This document shows, piece by piece, positions 18,151-27,153 of a stretch of 64,000 nucleotides of DNA; position 1 is the first letter of the stretch, and every line of letters starts with the position of its first letter. The stretch comes from Alphaproteobacteria bacterium (GTDB lineage Bacteria; Pseudomonadota; Alphaproteobacteria; MPNO01; UBA830), in NCBI GenBank assembly GCA_038131485.1, contig JAYPPO010000001.1, forward strand, positions 150,053 through 214,052, read 5' to 3'. Position numbers and translations under genes: made by a program. The notes beneath the pieces are model-generated. The model ran no database searches, had not been told where the DNA came from, and saw only the letters and a program-made list of their open reading frames with translations.

Positions 18151-20004
18151 TCAGCCACCCTCGATCTCCTCGCGTTTCATCTCAAGCTCTAGCCAGAGCT
18201 CTTCCGCATCGGAGAGGTCAGTCTCGGCTACCTGCAGGTCTTTCGCCGTGGCCTCGAACCTAGCAGGGTCCCTGGCGAATAGGTTCGGGTCCGTCAGCGT
18301 ATCCCGGAGAGCGGTGATGCGCCCTTGAAGCTCGTCCATGCGAGCGGGCAGGGTCTCCAGCGCGTGCTTGTCCTTGAAGGACAGCTTGCGGCGTTCGAGG
18401 GCGGGCCGTTCCCGTGCGGGGGCGGGTGCAGCAGCCTTCTTTTCCCGAGCGGTTGACGGCTGCCGTGCTGCCAGGTCGCCGCCGCGCTGGGCCATCATGT
18501 CCGAATAGCCGCCGGCATATTCGACCCAGCGCCCGCTTCCTTCCGCCGCGATCACCGACGTGACCACCCGGTCGAGGAAGTCGCGGTCGTGGCTGACCAG
18601 CAGCACGGTGCCGGTATAGTCGGACAGCAGTTCCTGCAGCAGGTCGAGCGTTTCCAGGTCGAGATCGTTGGTCGGTTCGTCGAGCACCAGCAGGTTCGAC
18701 GGGCGACGCAGAGCGCGGGCCAGCATGATGCGGCCGCGCTCGCCGCCCGACAGCGCGCCGACCGGCGTGCGCGCCTGCTCCGGCAAGAAGAGGTAATCCT
18801 TCATGTAGCCGATTACGTGGCGCGTCTCGCCAGCAACCTCGACCTTGTCGCCGCCGCCGGTCAGCGCGTTGGTGAGGGTCTCGGCTGGGTCCAACGTATC
18901 ACGGCGCTGGTCGAGATATTCGACCTCGAGATTTTTTCCGACCCGCACGTTACCTTCGTCCGGTTTCAATTCGCCGGTAAGTAGCTGCAGCAGGGTCGTT
19001 TTGCCCGCGCCGTTGGGCCCCACGATGCCGACCCGGTCGCCGCGCGCGACCCGCGCCGAGAAATCGCGGACGATTATGGTGTCGCCGTAGCTCTTGGAGA
19101 TTGATTTCGCCTCAGCGACCAGCTTGCCAGACATTGTGCCTTCGGTCGCCATCATGTTGACGCGGCCCGCCGGCGCGCGCCGCGTTCGGCGCTCGGCGCG
19201 CATCTCATTTAGCGCGCGCAGCCGTCCCATGTTGCGTTTGCGCCGCGCGGTGACGCCCTTGTGCAGCCAGTCCATTTCCGAGGCAAGCTTGCGGTCAAAT
19301 TTGTGACGCTCTGTCGCCTCGGCCTCGATATAGTTTTCCCGCCATTGCTCGAACGCAGCAAAGCCGCGCTCCAGCCGATGGGTGCGGCCCTGCTCGATCC
19401 ACACGGTCGCGCTCGACAGGTTCTCGAGGAATTTGCGGTCGTGGCTGATCAGTACCAGCGCCGAGCGTATGCCGCGCAACTCCGTTTCCAGCCACTCGAT
19501 CACCGGCAGGTCGAGATGATTGGTAGGCTCGTCGAGTAGCAAGATGTCCGGTTCGGGCGCGAGCGTGCGGGCGAGCGCGGTGCGCCGCGCCTCGCCGCCC
19601 GATAGTGTGGCCGGGTCTTCGGTGCCAGTAAGGCCAAGCTGCTCGAGCAGCCACGGCGCGCGCTGAGGATCGTCGCCTGCCTCGAGGCCGGATTTGACAT
19701 AGTCGAGGGTCGTCTCATAACCGGAAAGGCTTGGCTCCTGTGGCAGGTAGCGGACCGTCGCGCCCGGCTGCAGGAATCGCTCGCCGTCATCGGGGGCGAT
19801 CTCGCCCGTCGCGATCTTCATCAGCGTCGACTTGCCCGAGCCGTTACGCCCCACGACGCACAGCCGCTCGCCAGGCGACACCGACAGCTCTGCTGCCTCG
19901 AACAGCGGCTTGCCGCCGAAGGTCAGCTCGATATCGCGAAGAAGCAGAAGCGGGGGCGCCACGGTATAGTCCTGTTGTTTGGTCCCTGTGTCGGCTATCG
20001 GCAT
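18151..20004 (-). CDS. ABC-F family ATPase (Uup-like, two ABC domains plus C-terminal coiled coil)
   Basis: Two Walker A sites (GRNGSGKST, GPNGAGKTT) and two signatures (LSGGEARR, LSGGERGR), with no membrane domain. ATG 20004 chosen over TTG 20040. Confidence 0.85.
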   Translation of the reverse strand: MPIADTGTKQQDYTVAPPLLLLRDIELTFGGKPLFEAAELSVSPGERLCVVGRNGSGKSTLMKIATGEIAPDDGERFLQPGATVRYLPQEPSLSGYETTLDYVKSGLEAGDDPQRAPWLLEQLGLTGTEDPATLSGGEARRTALARTLAPEPDILLLDEPTNHLDLPVIEWLETELRGIRSALVLISHDRKFLENLSSATVWIEQGRTHRLERGFAAFEQWRENYIEAEATERHKFDRKLASEMDWLHKGVTARRKRNMGRLRALNEMRAERRTRRAPAGRVNMMATEGTMSGKLVAEAKSISKSYGDTIIVRDFSARVARGDRVGIVGPNGAGKTTLLQLLTGELKPDEGNVRVGKNLEVEYLDQRRDTLDPAETLTNALTGGGDKVEVAGETRHVIGYMKDYLFLPEQARTPVGALSGGERGRIMLARALRRPSNLLVLDEPTNDLDLETLDLLQELLSDYTGTVLLVSHDRDFLDRVVTSVIAAEGSGRWVEYAGGYSDMMAQRGGDLAARQPSTAREKKAAAPAPARERPALERRKLSFKDKHALETLPARMDELQGRITALRDTLTDPNLFARDPARFEATAKDLQVAETDLSDAEELWLELEMKREEIEGG

Positions 20005-20042
20005 GGGACTGTCAATCGAGACCCAAGCGCGCAGGAGCAAGT

Positions 20043-20417
20043 ATGGAAATCAACATCCCCGAGGTTGTCGAGGAGGTCACGGCGGCCTTTATGGCTTATG
20101 AAAAGGCGCTTCTCGCCAACGACGTTGACATGATCGACGAGCTGTTTTGGGACGATGAGAAGACGCTTCGGTATGGGCCGAACGGCACCGTCGTCAGCCA
20201 TGCGGCGTTGTCCGCCTTTCGCCGGGCGCGCGATATCGGATCGTGGGAAAGGACGCTGAAGGATACCTCTATCATAACCTTCGGGCGAAATTTCGCGGTA
20301 GCCAACACAGAGTCCACGCGGCCGGGCAGCGACGATATCAGCCGCCAAAGCCAGACCTGGGTGCGGATGCCAGAGGGCTGGCGCATCGTAGCGGCTCATG
20401 TCTCTGACCAGCCTTAG
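20043..20417 (+). CDS. SnoaL/DUF3225-fold protein (AtzH / HpxZ-like)
   Basis: MEINIPEVVEEVTAAFMAYEKALLANDVDMIDELFW... resembles HpxZ/AtzH-type small proteins. The track's upstream extension is antisense to the ABC-F gene. Confidence 0.65.
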   Translation: MEINIPEVVEEVTAAFMAYEKALLANDVDMIDELFWDDEKTLRYGPNGTVVSHAALSAFRRARDIGSWERTLKDTSIITFGRNFAVANTESTRPGSDDISRQSQTWVRMPEGWRIVAAHVSDQP

Positions 20418-20519
20418 ATAAAAGCCGGTTCGGTCCTGTCTCCCGCCAGGCTACGCTTACAATACTGATGTTGGATGGTGGGCGAGGGAGAGGACTGATG
20501 AAGTTACCGAGAGGCGGCC

Positions 20520-21236
20520 CTAGGCCTTTGCCGGCGACTGCCGGCCGTAGACGCGGGAAACCATCACGACGCCGGTTAGCACCAGAGCGGTGCCGATGGC
20601 ATGATAGGGTCTCAAGGCCTCGTCAAAGAAGATCATGCCGAGGCCGGATCCGAAGATTGGGTGCAGGCACATGAATGCCGACGCTCGGTTCGGGCCAAGC
20701 TGGAGAGTGCCGCTGTTCCAGCAGATCCACGCCACGATGGTGCTGAAGACGGAGACGTAGCCGAGCGAGGCCCAGGTCAGCAAAGTCCAGCTCATTTTGT
20801 AACCCATGGCGAGCTCTACGCCGTAGGCGGGGACCAACCACAGGGTTGCGAAAGCGGACAGGACAACCAACAGCGACAATCCGGATATCTTCACCTGGGC
20901 ATGCTTGATCATCACCATGTAAAGCGCCCAGCAGATCACCGCGCCCAGCATGTATACGTCGCCCCAGCCAAACTGAAGCCTCAGCAGGATGCCGAGCTGT
21001 GCCTTGGTGACGACAGTAATGATGCCGGCGAAGGCGAGGACAATGCCGACGGCCTGCCAGCGATTGATGAGGTCGCGCAACATAAGCCACGAGAAGAAAA
21101 CGACCGCAACTGGGACTCCCGCGTTGATTAGCGCGGCGTTGACCACCGTGGTTTCCAGCACCGCGAAGTAGACCAGCGTATTGCCTGCTGCGAGCAGCGC
21201 TCCAATCAGGGCGAAGCTCCATAGCCGGGTCTTCAT
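20520..21236 (-). CDS. EamA/DMT family transporter (coordinates from the first ATG; the conserved N-terminal domain continues upstream to 21449 without a canonical start)
   Basis: Multi-TM DMT pattern. My translation of 21237..21449 in the same frame gives LRNPYFLLSFAILCWGGNFVVARW..., a typical EamA helix 1. See the finding on this gene. Confidence 0.75.
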   Translation of the reverse strand: MKTRLWSFALIGALLAAGNTLVYFAVLETTVVNAALINAGVPVAVVFFSWLMLRDLINRWQAVGIVLAFAGIITVVTKAQLGILLRLQFGWGDVYMLGAVICWALYMVMIKHAQVKISGLSLLVVLSAFATLWLVPAYGVELAMGYKMSWTLLTWASLGYVSVFSTIVAWICWNSGTLQLGPNRASAFMCLHPIFGSGLGMIFFDEALRPYHAIGTALVLTGVVMVSRVYGRQSPAKA

Positions 21237-21449
21237 CGTGGGCCAGTCGGTCTTGAGCAGCCGGATTACGAACGGAGCGATGAGAGCGACCGAGAATAGG
21301 TGCCGCCAGAACGACAGTGCGACCGGCGGCGCATCGAGATTAGCCCAGCGGGCGACGACGAAATTGCCGCCCCAACAAAGAATGGCGAAGCTCAGCAGGA
21401 AATAGGGATTACGGAGGAGGGTCAGCGTGGTTACTCGTCGCCAGGGTGT

Positions 21450-22220
21450 CTATTCGCCATAGGTGTTGGACAGCGTGCCGATGCCGTCGACGATCACGTC
21501 GATGGTCGAGCCGGGCTTCATCGGGAGGGCGCCGGGGCCGGTGCCGCAGGAGACGATATCGCCTGGCTCCAACGTCATGAAGTGTGACAGCCGGCTCACC
21601 AGCTCCACCGGCTGCAGGATCAGGTCGCTGACCGGATAGTTCTGGCGTTCGCGGCCGTTGAGCTCGGCGCGGATGGTGGCGCTCCCGAGGTCCATGTCGG
21701 TCGTGATTACGGGGCCGAACGGCCCGAACGTGTCGTACCCCTTGGCGCGCGCCCATTGCGGAAAGCTTGGGTCGGCGTCGAGCACCTGCAGTGCGGTCAC
21801 GTCGTTGACGCAGGTGTAGCCGAAGATGCAGTCGGCCGCCGCCGCCTCGTCGGCGTCCTTGCATTGCTTGCCGATGACGACGCCGAGCTCGGCCTCGTAG
21901 ATCACACGCCCGTCGTAGGAGGCGGGTTTGCGGATCGTGCCGTCGGGCGCCAGATAGGTGTTCGGGCCTTTCAGAAAGAACAGCGGATCCGCCGGCCGGC
22001 CGAGACCCTGCTTCTCCGCCGCCGACGCGGAATTGTTCCACAGCGCGACGATCTTGGACGGCACGCACGGCGTCAGGAGGGTGACGTCGGTAAGCTGCAG
22101 CGTTTCGCCGGTCGGCGTCGCGACGCCGAACATGTCGCCCTCGAAAACGCCGACCGCACCGCCCACTAGCGTGCCGAACGCGGTCTCACCGCCGCGCTCG
22201 AACCGGATCCAGTCGGTCAT
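21450..22220 (-). CDS. Fumarylacetoacetate hydrolase (FAH) family protein
   Basis: Start at ATG 22220 (MTDWIRFERGG...). FAH core blocks are present: YEAELGVVIGK, VNDVTA, ...GDIVSCGTGPG. Confidence 0.85.
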   Translation of the reverse strand: MTDWIRFERGGETAFGTLVGGAVGVFEGDMFGVATPTGETLQLTDVTLLTPCVPSKIVALWNNSASAAEKQGLGRPADPLFFLKGPNTYLAPDGTIRKPASYDGRVIYEAELGVVIGKQCKDADEAAAADCIFGYTCVNDVTALQVLDADPSFPQWARAKGYDTFGPFGPVITTDMDLGSATIRAELNGRERQNYPVSDLILQPVELVSRLSHFMTLEPGDIVSCGTGPGALPMKPGSTIDVIVDGIGTLSNTYGE

Positions 22221-22230
22221 CGCGGCTCTC

Positions 22231-23670
22231 CTATTGGTAGGCCGGCGGCAGGTCGGCCGCGAATTTTGCCTTGATGCGGTCGTCAAGCTCCTGCGACGAG
22301 CGCGCGACCTTCGGGAACGTGTCCTTGCGGGCGAACGGGATGCAGGCGTCAATCACCATGCGCGAATTGCGGCGGTCGTGGTCGTCGTCGAAGCACATCG
22401 GGTCGAGATGCGTGCTCCAGCAGCCGTTCAGGATGTCGACGCCCTCGCGCGGATCGAACCGCGTGCACATCGCCCAGACGACGTCGTTCATGTTCGACGG
22501 GTCGATATCGTCGTCGACGACGACGACCCAGCGGTTGGCGTAGGCGCCGGCGTGGCACTGTGAGGCGACGAGGCCGGCCTGTTTGGAATGGCCGCCGTAC
22601 ATCTGCTTGATCGAGACGGTCAGCCACATGCGGCTGCCGCCGGCCTCGTGCGCGTAGACGCCCTTGACACCCGGAATGCCGGCGGCTTCGAGCTGGTTCC
22701 ACACGGCAGCGGCGCGGTAGGCGCCCATGTAATAGGTGTTGTCGTTGGGCGGCACCGCCGGGATCGCGCCGGTGATGACCGGATTGTCGCGGTGCCACAG
22801 CGTCTCAATGCGGATTGCAGGTTCTGGCCGCTGGCCGCCCGCGTAGTAGCCCGTCCATTCGCCGAGCGGGCCTTCCAAAATCTCGTCGTTGGGCGAGATG
22901 TAGCCTTCAAAGGCGATCTCCGCGCCAGCGGGAACCGGCAGGCCGGTCTTGGGCATGTTAATGACCTCGATGCCCTCGCCGAAAATTCCGCCGACCACGT
23001 CGAGCTCGTTGCGGCCGTAAGCGACTTCGAAGCCGCCGATCATGAACATTAGCGGATGGACGCCGGCTACCACCGCGACCGGGCACTTCTCGCCGCGGTC
23101 GTGATATTTCTTCATCATCAGGCGGCAGTGCTTGCCCGGCGACATCATAACGGTCGCTGTACGTTCATCGTGCGTCTGCACGCGGTAGGTGCCGTAGTTC
23201 ACCCAGCCGGTGTCGGGATCGCGCATGGCGACGATGCAGCCGGTGCCGATGAAGTTGCCGCCGTCATGCTCGTGCCACTTGGGCGACGGCAGCGTCTTGA
23301 TGTTGACTTGGTCGCCCTCGAATACGTTGTCGATGATCGGCCCGCCGTTGACCTCGATCGGTGGGTGCTCCGGCGCGTCGGCGCCGAGATAGTGCCGCCA
23401 CCAGTCGATCAGCTGCTGCTCGGTCGCGTCCGGCGGCAGGCCTAGCGCGATCGCGCAGCGCGGCCGCGACATGATGATATTGGCGAGGACGCGAAAGCCG
23501 TCGGGATATCCTGCGATCTTGTCGAAAAGAACGGCCGGGTTGCCGAGATCGCGCATGTAAATGTCGACGATGCCGCCGATGGCCTCTTCGGCGTCGGCGC
23601 CGCTGATGTTCTTCAGCTCGCCGATCTTTTCGATTTCCTCGATGAAATTGCGAAGGTCCTTGTTCGCCAC
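22231..23670 (-). CDS. UbiD-family (prFMN-dependent) aromatic acid decarboxylase
   Basis: Start at GTG 23670 behind GGGAGAA (MANKDLRNFIEEIEKIGEL, the canonical UbiD N-terminus). About 479 aa. No UbiX-like partner is in the window. Confidence 0.85.
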   Translation of the reverse strand: MANKDLRNFIEEIEKIGELKNISGADAEEAIGGIVDIYMRDLGNPAVLFDKIAGYPDGFRVLANIIMSRPRCAIALGLPPDATEQQLIDWWRHYLGADAPEHPPIEVNGGPIIDNVFEGDQVNIKTLPSPKWHEHDGGNFIGTGCIVAMRDPDTGWVNYGTYRVQTHDERTATVMMSPGKHCRLMMKKYHDRGEKCPVAVVAGVHPLMFMIGGFEVAYGRNELDVVGGIFGEGIEVINMPKTGLPVPAGAEIAFEGYISPNDEILEGPLGEWTGYYAGGQRPEPAIRIETLWHRDNPVITGAIPAVPPNDNTYYMGAYRAAAVWNQLEAAGIPGVKGVYAHEAGGSRMWLTVSIKQMYGGHSKQAGLVASQCHAGAYANRWVVVVDDDIDPSNMNDVVWAMCTRFDPREGVDILNGCWSTHLDPMCFDDDHDRRNSRMVIDACIPFARKDTFPKVARSSQELDDRIKAKFAADLPPAYQ

Positions 23671-23836
23671 GTCCCGTTCTCCCGGTCTCGTACTATATCG
23701 TGCCGCGACAATCCGGTTTTCGCCGGGTTCGGTCAAGGCACGCCCCTGAAACGGCTCATTTCGATATTGCAAAACCGCCGTGGGAGTACGAAAAGAGATC
23801 CACGCCAAAACGATACAACAAAAGGGAGAGAAGACG

Positions 23837-24739
23837 ATGGCAAGCTACAGGCTACTCAATTACGCGGGCGACAACGGTAAGCCGTGCCCGGGCATTCTCG
23901 TCGGTGACGACGTGATAGATCTCGCCGCGGCCGGTATTTCCGGTTCGACGTATGAACTGCTGCAGGACTGGGCCGAGAACGATGCGAAGCTGGCAAGGCT
24001 GGCCGACGATCCTGGGTCGCACGTCTGTACAAAACTCGAGTCCGTGAAGCTGATGGCGCCGGTGCTCTACCCGCCGGTCGTGTTCAATGCAGGCGCGAAC
24101 TACGTCGATCACCAGAAGGAAATGTCGCCGGACGGCAAGACCCAGCTTGTGAAGGAAGACACTGATCCGTACTTCTTCCTGAAGTCGGGCCCGCATTGCA
24201 TCATCGGGCCGGGCGACGAAATCCAGCTTCCCAAGGTATCAAACTTCATCGACTGGGAAGCAGAGCTTGCTGTTGTCATCGGCAAGCCTGCGCGTAACGT
24301 GAAGGCTGCTAATGCGCTCGACTATGTTGCCGGCTACACCATCTTCAACGATCTGTCGGCGCGCGATCTCGGCAAGCCTCGCAACCGGCCGTTCAACACG
24401 CACTGGTTTGTCCACAAGAACTTTGAGGGCTCCGGCCCAATGGGCCCATGGATGGTGCCAGCGTCCGATATTCCGGACCCGCATAACATCGACATCAAGC
24501 TGTGGGTCAACGACAGCCTCGAGCAGGATTCGAATTCGAAATATCTGTTCTTCAACATCAACGAGCAGATCGAGTACATCAGCGCGCGTCTCACCATGCG
24601 TCCAGGCGACGTGATCGCCACCGGAACGCCCGCGGGCGTGGGCAGGCCCAAAGGCAAATGCCTGAAGCCCGGCGATACGGTGACAATCGAGCTCGAAGGC
24701 ATCGGCACGCTCAAGAACCCCGTCGTTCAAGGAATCTAA
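23837..24739 (+). CDS. Fumarylacetoacetate hydrolase (FAH) family protein
   Basis: ATG 23837 behind AAAGGGAGAG. Motifs WEAELAVVIGK, FNDLSARD, GDVIATGTPAGVG. Confidence 0.85.
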   Translation: MASYRLLNYAGDNGKPCPGILVGDDVIDLAAAGISGSTYELLQDWAENDAKLARLADDPGSHVCTKLESVKLMAPVLYPPVVFNAGANYVDHQKEMSPDGKTQLVKEDTDPYFFLKSGPHCIIGPGDEIQLPKVSNFIDWEAELAVVIGKPARNVKAANALDYVAGYTIFNDLSARDLGKPRNRPFNTHWFVHKNFEGSGPMGPWMVPASDIPDPHNIDIKLWVNDSLEQDSNSKYLFFNINEQIEYISARLTMRPGDVIATGTPAGVGRPKGKCLKPGDTVTIELEGIGTLKNPVVQGI

Positions 24740-24748
24740 AATAGCGCT

Positions 24749-24781
24749 CCGCACTCCGCTTGCGCGGGGTGCGGGGTTTTT
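24749..24781 (+). terminator. Rho-independent terminator
   Basis: 11-bp stem CCGCACTCCGC/GCGGGGTGCGG (one G-U pair) with loop TTGC, followed by GGTTTTT. It lies 10 nt after the FAH stop. Confidence 0.8.
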
Positions 24782-24996
24782 GCACATGGCAAAACTGTTC
24801 GCAGCCTTCGGCAGCAACGCGAGCATTAGCCTGTTTGGCTCGGGCGCGCCCAGCCATCTCCTTGTGAGCGAGCCTCTAGACGAGAAAATCGTTGCGGCGG
24901 TGCCGCCCGATCCCAGCCTAGACTGAATAACTGCCAGCATACCAGTCTAAGGCGATGAACGGCGTCGATCTAGGCTTCGCGATCTTGCGCCGAGCG

Positions 24997-25449
24997 TTAT
25001 GACGGTAAAGTGCCGTCGTTCTCTTCGCCCGCGCGAGTTGTCTTCGCATCGGGAAAGACAGTGGAGATCGCGTAGCGCGCGATTTGCTCGTCCTCATGGG
25101 ACTTCACGCCGGAGATGCCCACCGCGCCGATGATGTCGCCGTCGACAATGATAGGCAGGCCTCCTTTGGCGGCCAGGAACGGGAACGTGGCGTAAGCCCT
25201 GTGGGTCGTCTCGATCCAGTGTTCCCAGACGCCGCTCGGTCGGCAGGTCATCGCCGCCGTGTTGGCCTTGGCGAGCGCGATGTCGTCGTTACCGGGCCGG
25301 GCGCCGTCCATTCGGTGAACCGCCACGATGCGGCCGCCGTCGTTGACGACGGAGATCACCACTTCCCAGTTGTTGCGCCTTGCCTCTTCCTCGGCAGCCT
25401 CGAGCAGTTTCTTCGCATCTTCGAGCGTGATCGCAGGTTTCATCCGCAT
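24997..25449 (-). CDS. GlcG/HbpS-like (DUF336) heme-binding protein
   Basis: 150 aa with the pattern AKANTAA...GGLPI...G.IGAVGISG typical of the family. Confidence 0.8.
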   Translation of the reverse strand: MRMKPAITLEDAKKLLEAAEEEARRNNWEVVISVVNDGGRIVAVHRMDGARPGNDDIALAKANTAAMTCRPSGVWEHWIETTHRAYATFPFLAAKGGLPIIVDGDIIGAVGISGVKSHEDEQIARYAISTVFPDAKTTRAGEENDGTLPS

Positions 25450-25482
25450 TGCTTTACCTCCCTTGGACCGTCGAACGTTTTT

Positions 25483-26298
25483 CTAATCCCTGAACCCCGG
25501 TTGTTCCTTGTCCATCCAGCGGACCAGGGCGGGCCATCGCATCTCCTCGGTCTTGTCGTTGATGGCCCACGCCTGCTGCGCTGATTTTTCGCAGACCTCG
25601 GACGACGGCAGGATGAGATGCGAGTCGTCGGCACCCGTTGCACCGGCCATCAACTGCGCGACACAGCCTTTTTCCAGGTGGTACATGAGAGTGAAGGCCT
25701 CGGCGATAGTTCGGCCCGCCGTTAGCAGGCCGTGATTGCGGAGGATCAGCGCGCGATGCTCGCCCAAGCTTGCGACCAGCCGGCCTCGCTCGCCAAGCTC
25801 GAGCGAGATGCCTTCGTAATCGTGATAGCCGTGGCGGTTGTAGAATCGGACAGCGTCCTGGTTGAGCGGCAGTAGACCGCATTTCAGCGAAGAAATCGCG
25901 AGGCCCGCCTCAGTGTGGGTGTGCAGCACGCAACCGACGTCCTCACGCGCCGCATGGATCGCGCTGTGGATCGTGTAACCCGCCGGATTGATGCCGTAAG
26001 GGGTCTCGTCAAGCACGTTGCCGTCGAGATCGATCTTGACAAGGTTCGACGCTGTCACCTCGTTGTACATCGGGCCGTACGGGTTGATCAGGATAGTCCC
26101 GTCCTCGCCCGGCACGCGAGCTGAGATGTGGTTGAGATTGAGGTGATGCCAGCCGTAGTGAAATACGAGGCGGTAGCACGCCGCGAGATCGACACGGACC
26201 TGCCACTCTTCCGCTGAGACGCGGGCCTTCACGCCTTCCGGCCGCACTAGTGCACCGTGCGCGTAGCCGACGGCGGCGGATACCTGGAACGTATCCAT
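25483..26298 (-). CDS. Class II aldolase/adducin family protein (possible decarboxylase/aldolase)
   Basis: Start at ATG 26298 behind GAGGAG. His-ligand blocks are present (VLHTHT, HGLL). Confidence 0.8.
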   Translation of the reverse strand: MDTFQVSAAVGYAHGALVRPEGVKARVSAEEWQVRVDLAACYRLVFHYGWHHLNLNHISARVPGEDGTILINPYGPMYNEVTASNLVKIDLDGNVLDETPYGINPAGYTIHSAIHAAREDVGCVLHTHTEAGLAISSLKCGLLPLNQDAVRFYNRHGYHDYEGISLELGERGRLVASLGEHRALILRNHGLLTAGRTIAEAFTLMYHLEKGCVAQLMAGATGADDSHLILPSSEVCEKSAQQAWAINDKTEEMRWPALVRWMDKEQPGFRD

Positions 26299-26309
26299 GA
26301 GGGGCTCCT

Positions 26310-26675
26310 CTATTTTTCCGGAAACGCTATCTCTTGCGCTGCGTCGCGGCAAGACGCACCTGGGTCGGGCACTCGCTGCCAGACTCGCTCGACGATGGCA
26401 AACTCGAACAGGTCGGCCCTCGTATAGGGGTCGTTACGATGGAAATCCTCGACCGTTGCCCGATCGGCTGCGAAGACGAGGACGTTACCAGTGATGTCGC
26501 GGATATCCACATCGCCGGACGTTTCGGTTCCGTCACTGACCAACCCGCCGCCGTAAACAATCAGTGGCAGGAACGGCTGCTGGTAGGCTGCGTGCTCCGA
26601 CTGCAGGCGGGCGCGTTCCGCCGCCCGGGCCGGACGGTCTCGGCGCACTAGGACGTAGAGCAGTGTCCCCGACAT
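26310..26675 (-). CDS. YciI-like protein
   Basis: 121 aa with YciI/DGPF-type pattern (DPYTRADLFE). The start abuts the stop of the preceding YciI gene (TAAATG). Confidence 0.6.
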   Translation of the reverse strand: MSGTLLYVLVRRDRPARAAERARLQSEHAAYQQPFLPLIVYGGGLVSDGTETSGDVDIRDITGNVLVFAADRATVEDFHRNDPYTRADLFEFAIVERVWQRVPDPGASCRDAAQEIAFPEK

Positions 26676-27032
26676 TTAGACCACCTGCGCCGTCTGGTCC
26701 GAATAGTTGATCGTGACCGTGAAGCTACCCTCGTTCATTACCCATTTGTGGATTTCGTATTCTCGGAGGCCTGCCTTGTGGAAGGGGTCCTCCGCGGCGA
26801 TGGCATCGGCTTCCTCGAACGAGTTCGCACGGATAACGATCATCCCAAACGCCGGTCTCTCACCGCCCTTCTCGAACATCGGGCCGGCGCCGAACATGAT
26901 ACCTTTCCTCTCCAACTCCACCTGGCGGTCGAGATGTTGCGGCAGCAGTTTGCGGATTTCCTCCGGCTCGCCGACCGGCCGCGTGAAAACCACATAGAGT
27001 TCCTTGCCGAGCATCGTTGCGGTGTCTGCCAT
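26676..27032 (-). CDS. YciI-like protein
   Basis: 118 aa, strong RBS AAGGAGGA, pattern H...G....GP....G.........F...EA...DPF...L typical of the YciI family. Confidence 0.7.
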   Translation of the reverse strand: MADTATMLGKELYVVFTRPVGEPEEIRKLLPQHLDRQVELERKGIMFGAGPMFEKGGERPAFGMIVIRANSFEEADAIAAEDPFHKAGLREYEIHKWVMNEGSFTVTINYSDQTAQVV

Positions 27033-27153
27033 GATTTTCCTCCTTTATCTTGGTCGCGTGTTTGCTATCGGGGATAATGGGAGGACAGGGTTGCCGTGGG
27101 CAAGGCCGGACCCAAAAGTTGAGGCCCGAGGCACAACCGGGCGGGGGAGACGA

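Noticed and set aside
24239-24940. 233-aa minus-strand ORF and a 46-codon plus-strand ORF (24786..24926) in the gap after the FAH terminator
   Set aside because: The long ORF is mostly antisense to the FAH gene. The short one has no RBS or recognisable family, so it is not reported as a feature.
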